From an uncultured Candidatus Saccharibacteria bacterium (lineage in GTDB: Bacteria; Patescibacteriota; Minisyncoccia; Phycocordibacterales; UBA2100), in contig CAYNRJ010000001.1 of the NCBI GenBank assembly GCA_964399865.1, positions 546,285 to 610,284 on the forward strand: DNA of 64,000 nt. Reading direction: 5' to 3'. The translations under genes were made by a program, and so were the position numbers. This document shows, in pieces, positions 25,031 through 33,412 of the stretch (the stretch's first letter is position 1; the number at the start of each line of letters is the position of its first letter). Below the pieces are notes generated by a model, which had not been told where the DNA came from, did no database searches, and saw only the letters and a program-made list of their open reading frames with translations.

Positions 25031-26127
25031 TGATTAGAAAATATTTGCCATCTAGTATAGAGGAGCTCATCGTATGGTACGAGCGTCGCGTCGCACCGTT
25101 CGCCCTCCTTGCAGGCTTTCTGATGGACAACATCTTCTTTCGTTCGGTGAACCTCTGGACGGCGACCATTGCTTTCATGCTGTATCTTCTCCTCGCCCTC
25201 ACCGGTATTTTTCTCCTCAACCTCGTAGAAAGCGGTCGTGTTACGAAGCCGTTTCTACTAAAAACTGCGCAATTTTTGCCGGTCATCATTCAATTCGCAT
25301 TCGGCGCCATCTTCAGTGGCTTTTTTGTTCTCTATAGTCAGAGCGCAACGGTCGCTGTAAGTTGGGGCTCTGTCGTTATTCTTGCGCTCTTACTTATAGG
25401 GAACGAACGATTTAGGCGACGCTACAGAAGATTTCCGTTCCAGGTAGGAATTCTTTTCACCACTCTTCTCGGCTTCCTTATTTTCTTCGTGCCGCTCGTA
25501 GTAAAACGAATCGGTCCTGAAATATTTCTCATCACCTGCGTTCTCAGCATCGTATTGATCGCGCTCTATATAAAAGGCATGCGTCGCATGATGCCAGAGC
25601 TCGTCACGACCAACCTGAAGACCACAGCGCGAATTATTGCCGGGGTCCTTACGGTATTTATGGTGCTCTACTTTACGAATGCGATCCCACCACTACCGCT
25701 TGCATTAAAAGATGAAGGTGTGTATCACAGAGTTGAACGAGTGGGTACAGAATATCGCGCTCAGCACGAAGTGCTCCCGTGGTACCGTAGGTATTTACCA
25801 CTGCGCGAACAATTCCATCGTGCGCCCGGAGAATCAATGTACGCATTCAGCGCAGTGTTCGCGCCCTCAGGTCTGACCACGACCATCTATCACGAATGGC
25901 AGCATCACAACGATATTTCAGGAGAGTGGGTCACGATATCGAAGGTCAAATTCGCTATTGTGGGCGGACGAGACGGCGGCTATCGAGGATTCTCACTCTC
26001 ATCAAGCCCACTCGCAGGTAAATGGAGGGTGAACGTTATTACAGAGTATGGACAGGTGATCGGACGCATATCATTCACTGTCATTGATGTAGATGAGAAG
26101 GTCGAATTCGTCGAGGAAGTGTTTTAA
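25027..26127 (+). CDS. Integral membrane protein: six or more TM helices plus a C-terminal soluble domain
   Basis: 366 aa; the start overlaps the adenosyltransferase stop (ATGA); C-terminal 150 aa are hydrophilic (TTIYHEWQHHNDISGEW...). Confidence 0.5.
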   Translation: MMIRKYLPSSIEELIVWYERRVAPFALLAGFLMDNIFFRSVNLWTATIAFMLYLLLALTGIFLLNLVESGRVTKPFLLKTAQFLPVIIQFAFGAIFSGFFVLYSQSATVAVSWGSVVILALLLIGNERFRRRYRRFPFQVGILFTTLLGFLIFFVPLVVKRIGPEIFLITCVLSIVLIALYIKGMRRMMPELVTTNLKTTARIIAGVLTVFMVLYFTNAIPPLPLALKDEGVYHRVERVGTEYRAQHEVLPWYRRYLPLREQFHRAPGESMYAFSAVFAPSGLTTTIYHEWQHHNDISGEWVTISKVKFAIVGGRDGGYRGFSLSSSPLAGKWRVNVITEYGQVIGRISFTVIDVDEKVEFVEEVF

Positions 26128-26180
26128 ATTTTCTCGCGCGAGAGCCCTCAATTTGGTATAACTCACATGTTTGAGGGGAT

Positions 26181-26253
26181 GGCGATCGTGGTGTAAAGGT
26201 TAACACTGGAGCTTGTGGAGCTCTCAATCCGGGTTCGATTCCCGGCGATCGCC
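26181..26253 (+). tRNA. tRNA-His (anticodon GUG) with an encoded G-1
   Basis: G(-1)-GCGATCG-TG-GTGT-AAAGGTTA-ACAC-T-GGAGC-TTGTGGA-GCTCT-CAAT-CCGGG-TTCGATT-CCCGG-CGATCGC-C73; G-1 can pair with C73. Confidence 0.8.
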
Positions 26254-26259
26254 CTGAAA

Positions 26260-27294
26260 TTAAGTGTTCTGCGAATGAATGGGCGCTTGGTGTTCAATGA
26301 ATTTCTCGATTGAAATACCCCACGTGTATTGAAGGGCTTTTTTCCTACACGCATCTTTAGAAAGAGTCAGGCATTTTGTAGCGGCGTCGCCAAGATCTTC
26401 TGATATGTATCCGTCGACTCCTTCTGTGAGGACATTTTTTGGGCCAATCACATCGTGTCCTGCGACAGGTAAGCCGCATGCGAGAGCCTCTAGTACTGTT
26501 AATCCGAATGTCTCCGTTCGCGATGGAAACACAAATACGTCACACACAGATAGCCAGTCGACGAGCTCTTGTCCCTTTTTGTACCCCACGAACTTTACGT
26601 CAGGTGCTGCACGTTTCTCTAAAAATGAGCGGTTTGGACCATCTCCGATGACGACCTTGCTTCCGGATATCTTTGCGTCCAAAAATTCTTCTACACTTTT
26701 CTCCTTAGCCAACCTCCCAAAATATACAAAAATAGGCCGCGGCAGATTCGGAGTAACAGAACTCGCCTCGTTTCTCTTAAAGAATTCTGTATCAACACCA
26801 AAAGGCCACACGACTAAGTGTTTGTAGCCGCGTCCTTCCAGCTCGTCTCGCAAGATCTCGTTACTTACAAGTGTTTTCACCGCAGCGCCATGGAACCAGC
26901 GCATATACAGATCTGCAAAATATCCAGCGATAGGACCAAGGATCCCTAAATAGTATCTCGCATATAGTCGGAAGTTGGTGTGGTAAGCCGTTGTGAAAGG
27001 GATATTGTTTTTCAAGCAGAATCGGCGGGCGCTCAGTCCTATGGTCCACTCTACGGCAATATGCACGAAATCCGGTCTCGTCTCCTCGAATATTTGTTTA
27101 ATTTTTTTACCCGGAAAAAGGGCTAACGGTACTTCCGGATAAAAAGGGGACGGAATAGTTTTAAAAAGTTCCGGGTGGATGACGACAATTTTCCAATTTT
27201 TCTTTTCTAGGTTTGTTACTAATCTCGAAAGGATAATCGCGGCGCCATTTACCTGCGGAGACCATGCGTCGGTAACGAGTAGGAGAGTTTTCAT
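26260..27294 (-). CDS. Glycosyltransferase family 4 (group 1 glycosyl transferase)
   Basis: 344 aa; GT-B fold; the segment E..GL...EA.A.G.P GT4 signature (FPSRTETFGLTVLEALACGLPV). Confidence 0.85.
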   Translation of the reverse strand: MKTLLLVTDAWSPQVNGAAIILSRLVTNLEKKNWKIVVIHPELFKTIPSPFYPEVPLALFPGKKIKQIFEETRPDFVHIAVEWTIGLSARRFCLKNNIPFTTAYHTNFRLYARYYLGILGPIAGYFADLYMRWFHGAAVKTLVSNEILRDELEGRGYKHLVVWPFGVDTEFFKRNEASSVTPNLPRPIFVYFGRLAKEKSVEEFLDAKISGSKVVIGDGPNRSFLEKRAAPDVKFVGYKKGQELVDWLSVCDVFVFPSRTETFGLTVLEALACGLPVAGHDVIGPKNVLTEGVDGYISEDLGDAATKCLTLSKDACRKKALQYTWGISIEKFIEHQAPIHSQNT

Positions 27295-27299
27295 AAGGA

Positions 27300-27914
27300 C
27301 TATTCCTCAGGTGTGGGTTGCGGCACTGCGGATCTGAACAGTCGTTTGCGGGCATAATGTCCTGCCCCAAACAGAATTCCGAAAATAAGAAGGATAATTC
27401 CGACAGCCGACGCCCACTCCAAGGCATTATTTACTTTTACGACAAGATTACTGATGAAAAATCCAGTTGTGAGGAGCAGTGTAGACCACACGAGTTCTCC
27501 AATAATATTAATGAGAAGAAAGCGCTTGAAGGGAACACGGGATAATCCTGCGGTAAACAAGACAGCAACTGCGAGTCCAAGTCCCGAGGTGACCTTCGAT
27601 ATGAAGAGGATTCTCATATGATATTTATTGAAAAGATTCTTCGCGATGAATATATGGGATTCTGTAACCCCGACATATTTACCAAATCGAGTCGCGAACC
27701 GTTCACCCCAATGGTATCCGATCCAATACCACAGTATGTCTCCAAGAATTGCTCCAACCACTAGTATCGTAAGGGTGGGTATAAATTCCAAGATATCTGC
27801 CCGAATCAATACACCAGCCATCAGGCCTACGATCGGACCGAGCACGAAATTTGCGGGGGCAAGAACCCAGTATTTCCAGGTGAGGAGAAGTTGAGTGAGG
27901 AATTCTGGTCCCAT
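27300..27914 (-). CDS. DedA/SNARE-associated family membrane protein
   Basis: 204 aa; the DedA core pattern (F.P...L....G......W....G..GE) and multiple TM helices. Confidence 0.75.
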   Translation of the reverse strand: MGPEFLTQLLLTWKYWVLAPANFVLGPIVGLMAGVLIRADILEFIPTLTILVVGAILGDILWYWIGYHWGERFATRFGKYVGVTESHIFIAKNLFNKYHMRILFISKVTSGLGLAVAVLFTAGLSRVPFKRFLLINIIGELVWSTLLLTTGFFISNLVVKVNNALEWASAVGIILLIFGILFGAGHYARKRLFRSAVPQPTPEE

Positions 27915-28029
27915 GACGGTCAGTATACTCGTTGCGAGAGCAGCAATTCATCGGTAATAAACAATTCATACGAACGTCATACTCGTAACGGGCCGTATAA
28001 TGGCCTAAATTATTGATTAATTTATTTAT

Positions 28030-28848
28030 ATGGATGAAGTGACCACGGATAGAATTATTACTGCGACTCATTGGCCGCGCATGATGGCGACTGCCGCTCT
28101 CGGCCTTCTCGCCGTCTTCCTTTTCATTGCGGCGATAGGTGAGTTAAAAGGTCTTCGATACATTGGAACGGGTGTAGCGGCTACGAATACTATTACTGTT
28201 TCAGGAGAGGGAGAGGTATTCGCGGTGCCGGATACAGCGACCTTTAGCGTGACAGTCCAAGAAGAGGCCAAGGAAGTTAAGGATGCGCAAACTGTCGCGA
28301 CAGAAAAGATAAACGACATAATCGCATATTTGAAAGAACAGGATATAGATGAGAAGGATATAAAGACGACTGACTACAACGTATATCCGCAATACGATTA
28401 CATTCAGACCGCATGCAGCGGGGGATACTGCCCAGGAGGTACTCAGAAGCTCCGTGGATTCCAGGTAAGCCAGACACTGACGATCAAGGTCCGTGATACT
28501 GAACAGGCCGGTGAACTTCTCTCCGGAGTAGGCACACTTGGCGCCTCATCTGTCTCCGGTCTGTCTTTCACGATCGATGACGAAGATGGCTTGAAAGCTG
28601 AGGCTCGCGAGATGGCAATTGAGGATGCGCGCGTAAAGGCATCAGAATTGTCGAAAGACCTTAATGTGCGATTGGTACGAGTAGTCGGATTCTCTGAAAG
28701 CGACTACGGATATCCTGTGCCGTTTGCGTACGGAAGGGGGGGAGCTGATATGGCTGTGGCCCAGGAGGCCAAAGCAAGTGCTCCAGATGTCCCGGTCGGG
28801 GAGAATAAGATCGTCTCAAGCGTGAGCGTTACGTACGAGATTCGCTAG
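28030..28848 (+). CDS. SIMPL-domain protein (DUF541/YggE-like periplasmic protein)
   Basis: 272 aa; N-terminal TM anchor; ITVSGEGEVFAVPDTATFSVTV...NDIIAYLKEQDIDEKDIKTTDYNVYPQYDY matches the SIMPL domain. Confidence 0.7.
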   Translation: MDEVTTDRIITATHWPRMMATAALGLLAVFLFIAAIGELKGLRYIGTGVAATNTITVSGEGEVFAVPDTATFSVTVQEEAKEVKDAQTVATEKINDIIAYLKEQDIDEKDIKTTDYNVYPQYDYIQTACSGGYCPGGTQKLRGFQVSQTLTIKVRDTEQAGELLSGVGTLGASSVSGLSFTIDDEDGLKAEAREMAIEDARVKASELSKDLNVRLVRVVGFSESDYGYPVPFAYGRGGADMAVAQEAKASAPDVPVGENKIVSSVSVTYEIR

Positions 28849-28861
28849 GAATAACGGGATG

Positions 28862-28892
28862 GCTGCGCCGCAGTGGAAACCTGCGGCGCAGC
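28862..28892 (+). terminator. Strong hairpin after the SIMPL gene (12-bp stem GCTGCGCCGCAG/CTGCGGCGCAGC)
   Basis: Perfect 12-bp inverted repeat with a 7-nt loop; the 3' flank TTCTCGTCCC is only weakly T-rich. Confidence 0.45.
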
Positions 28893-28902
28893 TTCTCGTC
28901 CC

Positions 28903-28930
28903 TTGACTTTTGTCCTCTCGAGAGTATTAT
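28903..28930 (+). promoter_or_regulatory. Sigma70-like promoter TTGACT-16-TATTAT upstream of secE
   Basis: Read directly; followed within about 10 nt by a CCCC-GCAA-GGGG hairpin and TTTTT. Confidence 0.5.
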
Positions 28931-28939
28931 ATTTTGAAG

Positions 28940-28957
28940 CCCCGCAAGGGGTTTTTA
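28940..28957 (+). terminator. GNRA-loop hairpin CCCCGCAAGGGG plus T-tract, between the promoter and secE (possible attenuator or 5' stabiliser)
   Basis: CCCC-GCAA-GGGG followed by TTTTTAAATT. Confidence 0.4.
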
Positions 28958-28994
28958 AATTGGCAATTATTCTTCTATACTCTCCGTACAACGT

Positions 28995-29258
28995 ATGAGC
29001 CTTTTCCAGTATTTTAAAGACACTACCGGCGAATTGAAGCACGTGGCATGGCCTACGCGAGCTCAGACCATAATCTACACGATCCTCGTGGTCCTTCTTT
29101 CTATTTTCATCGCACTCTACCTCGGCTTTTTCGATTACGTCTTCACGACTGGACTCGCTCGTCTTATCGAAGTACTTCCGCAAGGAACGCCGTTCCTTGA
29201 TGTTGAGCAGATTGATCTCAGTACGACAACAACTAGTGGCGCAACTACAACAGAATAA
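28995..29258 (+). CDS. secE: Preprotein translocase subunit SecE
   Basis: 87 aa; ELKHVAWPTRAQTIIYTILVVLLSIFIALYLGFFD is the SecE amphipathic-TM core; located upstream of nusG. Confidence 0.75.
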   Translation: MSLFQYFKDTTGELKHVAWPTRAQTIIYTILVVLLSIFIALYLGFFDYVFTTGLARLIEVLPQGTPFLDVEQIDLSTTTTSGATTTE

Positions 29259-29260
29259 CT

Positions 29261-29803
29261 ATGAGACAAACACACGGAGAAGGAAGAGAATGGTACGCAA
29301 TACACACATACTCAGGATATGAAGATGCTGTCGCGCGCAATTTGAAGCAGCGCATCGAATCTTTCGGAATGAAAGATAAGATCTTCAATGTCGTCGTCCC
29401 ATCTGAAAAGAAGATCAAGATCAAGAATGGTCGTCGCACAGAGACGCGCGAGAAGATTTTCCCAGGCTACGTCATGGTGGATATGATCGCGTCCGACGAA
29501 GCATGGAGCGTTGTCCGCAACACGCCTCAGGTTACAGGATTCGTTGGCACAGCGAACCAGGCAGTACCACTTTCACCAGAGGAAGCAGAGAAAATATTGA
29601 AGCGCGCAGAGGGTGATACGGTCCGTCACGCGATCGATCTCTCCGAAGGCGATGCGGTCGTTATTATCGACGGACCTTTCAAGGACCTTGAAGGAAAGGT
29701 AGGGGAGATTGACGAAGAGCGTGGAAAGGTTAAGGTATTGGTTCCGATGTTCGGCCGTGAGACCCCGGTTGAACTAGAAGCCGACCAAGTCCAGAGAGTC
29801 TAA
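29261..29803 (+). CDS. nusG: Transcription termination/antitermination factor NusG
   Basis: 180 aa; NGN domain ([11 protein letters not shown]) and C-terminal KOW ([22 protein letters not shown]). Confidence 0.9.
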   Translation: MRQTHGEGREWYAIHTYSGYEDAVARNLKQRIESFGMKDKIFNVVVPSEKKIKIKNGRRTETREKIFPGYVMVDMIASDEAWSVVRNTPQVTGFVGTANQAVPLSPEEAEKILKRAEGDTVRHAIDLSEGDAVVIIDGPFKDLEGKVGEIDEERGKVKVLVPMFGRETPVELEADQVQRV

Positions 29804-29820
29804 TTTCAAATAAACATCAT

Positions 29821-30243
29821 ATGGCAAAAGAAGTAACAAAGATCATCAAATTACAGATTGCAGCAGGAGCTGCGACGCCTGCTCCACCAGTTGGTACTGC
29901 GCTCGGACCCGCCGGAGTTAATATCGGTGAATTCGTAAAGCAGTTCAACGACCGCACTCGTCCAATGGCCGGGAACATCGTTCCTGTCCTCATGAAGGTA
30001 TACAAGGATCGTACGTTTGATTTTATCGTCAAAAAGCCACCAGCTTCCCGTCTTATCTTGAAGAAGCTCGGAATCGAAAAAGGCTCACCAAAGCCACAGA
30101 CCAAGATCGCGAAGCTCTCAAAGCAGCAGGTAGAGGAGATCGCAACTGAAAAGATGGAAGATCTGAACGCAACCTCGATGGATCAGGCAAAGAAGATCAT
30201 CGCCGGCACTGCGCGATCAATGGGCATCGACTCAGACCTCTAG
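29821..30243 (+). CDS. rplK: 50S ribosomal protein L11
   Basis: 140 aa; [43 protein letters not shown] is near-consensus L11. Confidence 0.93.
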   Translation: MAKEVTKIIKLQIAAGAATPAPPVGTALGPAGVNIGEFVKQFNDRTRPMAGNIVPVLMKVYKDRTFDFIVKKPPASRLILKKLGIEKGSPKPQTKIAKLSKQQVEEIATEKMEDLNATSMDQAKKIIAGTARSMGIDSDL

Positions 30244-30270
30244 GTCTCTCGAGTTGCTACAATACGGGCT

Positions 30271-31935
30271 ATGCATCAAGCCCAGAAGATAAGAGAAGCG
30301 TTAACTCACACACTCCGTACTCTAAGAATAGAGGTCCCTGAAATACAGCTCGATCAGCCGACCGAGCTCAAAAATGGTGACTTTGCGACTGGTATTGCTC
30401 TGCAGTGTGCAAAATCAGCTGGGATAAAACCACTGGATCTCGCAAAGAGGATCGCAGAGGGTCTTGGAGATGTGCCGGGTATAGCAAAGATAGAGGTCGC
30501 TGGACCGGGCTTTATAAATTTCTATGTCACCTCGTTCGCAGTATCTGAATCGATTGAAGAGGCGCGAACGAATGAAAAATGGGGAGCGAATTCTTTAGGC
30601 GAAGGTCAGACGGTGATGGTTGAATATACAGACCCGAATCCATTCAAGGAATTTCATATTGGGCACCTCATGTCGAACGCAATTGGAGAGGCGTTCACGA
30701 GACTTCTTCAATTCATGGGCGCAAAAGTGATCCGCGTAAATTATCAGGGCGACATTGGTCTCCATGTGGCGAAAGCGCTGTATGTTCTTCTGGAAAAAGG
30801 TGCCAAAACTCCCACTGCTCAAGAAATAGGGGCCGCATACGTCGAGGGTGCGAATCGGTATGAGGAAAATGAGGAAGATAAGAAAAAGATTGATGAGCTA
30901 AATAAGGCGATATATCAACGAACCAATGAAGCTGCGGAGATCCTGTATCAGCACGGGCGTGCTGTCTGTCTTGAGGAGTTCGAGAAAATATACAAAATCC
31001 TTGGAACAAAATTCGACCACTACTTCTTTGAAAGCGAAACGGGTCCGATTGGATTAGAACTCGTTAAATCTCACCCAGAAATCTTTGAAGAAAGTGAAGG
31101 GGCGATCGTATTTAAAGGTGAGAAGTATGATCTACACACTCGCGTATTTGTAAACAAAATGGGTCTCCCTACGTATGAAGCGAAAGAAGTAGGGCTCGCA
31201 CAGATGAAAAATGAGTATGCAGAGTGTGACCGATCGATATATGTCACCGCGTCAGAACAAACAGATTACTTTTATGTGGTGAAGAAAGCGATAGAACTCA
31301 CGTTTCCCGAGATGGTTGGCAAAATTGAACATCGCGCGCACGGCATGATGCGTTTTGCAGAGGGGAAAATGTCGTCGCGCAAAGGAAACACTATTACAGG
31401 AGCATCTCTGCTCTCCGATCTCTCTCACGCTGCCGCGGAGCGCGCAAAAGAAAGTCGAGCCGATAACGTAGATCACCTCGCAGAGCAGGTCGCAGTTGCG
31501 GCGGTGAAGTATCAAGTGTTGAAGCAACAATCGGGGAGAGACATTATTTTCAATCGAGAACAGGCGCTCTCACTTGAGGGAGATTCAGGTCCATACTTAC
31601 AATACGCTCACGCGCGAACTTGTGCTGTTGTCGAAAAGGCGAGCGCGCAAGGTGTTACTGCAGTAACGAATTCAGATATCGAATCAAATGAAGTGGCGAG
31701 ACTTCTTATTCGCTTTCCATATGTCGTGGAGCGCGCAGCTAAGAGTCTTGAACCTCAGCTTGTCGCCAATTACCTTATACATTTCGCCGCTGCGTTCAAT
31801 AGCTGGTACGCTCAAGAACAAATTCTCGACGGTACCCCGGGAGCGGCGCATAAAGTCGCACTCGTAGACGCTGTTCGTATGACACTGAGGAACGGTCTGT
31901 GGCTCCTCGGTATTCCCGCGCCAGAAAAAATGTAA
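30271..31935 (+). CDS. argS: Arginine--tRNA ligase
   Basis: 554 aa; class I HIGH variant PNPFKEFHIGHLMSNAIG, KMSSRKG (KMSKS-like) and the DALR anticodon-binding C-terminus. Confidence 0.9.
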   Translation: MHQAQKIREALTHTLRTLRIEVPEIQLDQPTELKNGDFATGIALQCAKSAGIKPLDLAKRIAEGLGDVPGIAKIEVAGPGFINFYVTSFAVSESIEEARTNEKWGANSLGEGQTVMVEYTDPNPFKEFHIGHLMSNAIGEAFTRLLQFMGAKVIRVNYQGDIGLHVAKALYVLLEKGAKTPTAQEIGAAYVEGANRYEENEEDKKKIDELNKAIYQRTNEAAEILYQHGRAVCLEEFEKIYKILGTKFDHYFFESETGPIGLELVKSHPEIFEESEGAIVFKGEKYDLHTRVFVNKMGLPTYEAKEVGLAQMKNEYAECDRSIYVTASEQTDYFYVVKKAIELTFPEMVGKIEHRAHGMMRFAEGKMSSRKGNTITGASLLSDLSHAAAERAKESRADNVDHLAEQVAVAAVKYQVLKQQSGRDIIFNREQALSLEGDSGPYLQYAHARTCAVVEKASAQGVTAVTNSDIESNEVARLLIRFPYVVERAAKSLEPQLVANYLIHFAAAFNSWYAQEQILDGTPGAAHKVALVDAVRMTLRNGLWLLGIPAPEKM

Positions 31936-31963
31936 TTGCGAATAATATAGGGCGGAGTAGACT
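31936..31963 (+). promoter_or_regulatory. Promoter TTGCGA-16-TAGACT upstream of the 71-aa orphan ORF
   Basis: Read directly; lies 8 nt upstream of the 13-nt Shine-Dalgarno sequence at about 31971-31985. Confidence 0.45.
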
Positions 31964-31988
31964 CTTTTTTGGAAGGAGGTGATCCAAA

Positions 31989-32204
31989 GTGGCACAAGAG
32001 CCGAATAGGTATGACAACGTCAAGGAGGCGCTTTGCGCTGCGCAGGGCAGATACCCGTTGTCGTACCTTATAGCCATCAGAGGAAACGCGCGGGCACCGA
32101 GTGAGTACGCGCCGAGCGAAGCGTCTCTGACGCGCGCCCTGGAGCAGTCGGAGTTCGGCAGTCATGCTGGAGATGTTGTCACTCTCTGGCTCCCTACCCC
32201 ATGA
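31989..32204 (+). CDS. Hypothetical small protein (71 aa, GTG start) with a perfect 13-nt Shine-Dalgarno sequence
   Basis: AAGGAGGTGATCC (perfect complement of the 16S rRNA 3' end) sits 4 nt upstream of the GTG; it has its own promoter-like sequence and terminator. GC-rich, convergent on the Fic gene. Confidence 0.4.
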   Translation: MAQEPNRYDNVKEALCAAQGRYPLSYLIAIRGNARAPSEYAPSEASLTRALEQSEFGSHAGDVVTLWLPTP

Positions 32205-32210
32205 GCATCG

Positions 32211-32255
32211 GGCCGGTCCGCGGAGTTTTCGCAGACCGGCCTCATTTTAATTTTT
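32211..32255 (+). terminator. Rho-independent terminator of the small ORF; abuts the Fic gene stop
   Basis: GGCCGGTC-(15-nt loop)-GACCGGCC followed by TCATTTTAATTTTT. Confidence 0.65.
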
Positions 32256-33348
32256 AAGGCTGAGCTTTCTGCAAAGCCTTAGTCTTGAAATATTCTACGA
32301 TTGTATGATCTCCGATTTTCGGGAATCCATCCGGTTGCTCAAAGGCCTTACAAATTGCTTGCACGACTGTCTTCCTAAGATCCCGATCGTCTTGAAGCAG
32401 TGCACTGGCTGTTTCTGGTGTGAGAGATTTCAATACCTCATTTAAATTAATGAAAGTCCAATTATCGGGCCTACGGAAATTTTTCATGCGCCCAGGAGAT
32501 TCCCTGTATTCTATGTACGGTTCGTGTAGCAATCCTTGCTCTTTAAGAAAGCGGTAAAAGATGACGGTCGTGAATGCTCTCTCATTGATAATCTCGAGGA
32601 TTTGCCCACGGCTTTTTTCATCCACCGCTTTTGGTATAAGACTCTTAACATCCACATCATCTCCAGGTAATCCTTCAGACAGATACGATTCAGTTACAGA
32701 GTGTGGATCGTCATGATTTATTCCTACAGCTCTCTCGAAAATGTAATTTAGTACGCGATACATTGGACGAGGGTCCGTATTCAAAATCTTGCGACCATCA
32801 GGTCCCAGTAATTGCGCCAGGGCCAGCCGCCTCTCTTCAGAGCCGTCGTATCCGTTTGTGAGAAGTTCATAAGTAAGTCTACTAATTCTACCGTTTCCAT
32901 CTTCAAATGGATGAATTGCGGTTATATTCGCGGCGAGAAGTAACGCCGCGTCTTTAGTATCTGGTAAATTCTGCGCAGTCTTTAATGTTTCTGTGAGAAG
33001 TGCCTCCTTATCCTCTTGGTGGGGAGGTATATGCACGACCCTGGAATCTGAGATTTGGCCGAGCATTCCAAACACTTCTTGTACGCGCACGTTCTTTCCA
33101 TCAAAATCGGCAGATTTAGGTTGATCTCGAAGAGCGTCGTTGATGAAAAGAAGCCATCGCTTGAATTTTTCGGGAGTTAATTCCTTTAAGAATTGTTCGC
33201 GCTTTTCGGGAGTCTCTAAAGATTCTTTAGCCTTTAGCCGTTCCAGTACAGAAAGCAGATACTGCGCAGACGAGTCTCGAGATTCTAGTTCGGGATCGAG
33301 CATCAAATCCAGTTTCGATGGTCGATTCTTCGGTGCTTCCATACCCAT
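32254..33348 (-). CDS. Fic/DOC family protein (putative AMPylating adenylyltransferase)
   Basis: 364 aa; canonical Fic motif HPFEDGNGRISRL (HPFx[DE]GNGR). Confidence 0.8.
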   Translation of the reverse strand: MGMEAPKNRPSKLDLMLDPELESRDSSAQYLLSVLERLKAKESLETPEKREQFLKELTPEKFKRWLLFINDALRDQPKSADFDGKNVRVQEVFGMLGQISDSRVVHIPPHQEDKEALLTETLKTAQNLPDTKDAALLLAANITAIHPFEDGNGRISRLTYELLTNGYDGSEERRLALAQLLGPDGRKILNTDPRPMYRVLNYIFERAVGINHDDPHSVTESYLSEGLPGDDVDVKSLIPKAVDEKSRGQILEIINERAFTTVIFYRFLKEQGLLHEPYIEYRESPGRMKNFRRPDNWTFINLNEVLKSLTPETASALLQDDRDLRKTVVQAICKAFEQPDGFPKIGDHTIVEYFKTKALQKAQP

Positions 33349-33412
33349 ACTTTAGCAGATCCATGACCTGCCAGTTGTCTGCTTTTTGCCCTCGAAGTGC
33401 TATATTTTCCCC

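Noticed and set aside
28845-29183. Minus-strand 112-aa ORF between the SIMPL gene and nusG.
   Set aside because: Antisense to secE and to the promoter/hairpin region; Arg/Lys-rich; the secE assignment on the plus strand is strongly supported by motif and synteny.
31971-31985. AAGGAGGTGATCC resembles the reverse complement of the 16S rRNA 3' end; briefly considered an rRNA fragment or pseudogene.
   Set aside because: Similarity ends after 15 nt (the next bases do not match the 16S helix 45 region). It sits 4 nt before an in-frame GTG of a terminator-bounded ORF, so it is interpreted as an extended Shine-Dalgarno sequence.
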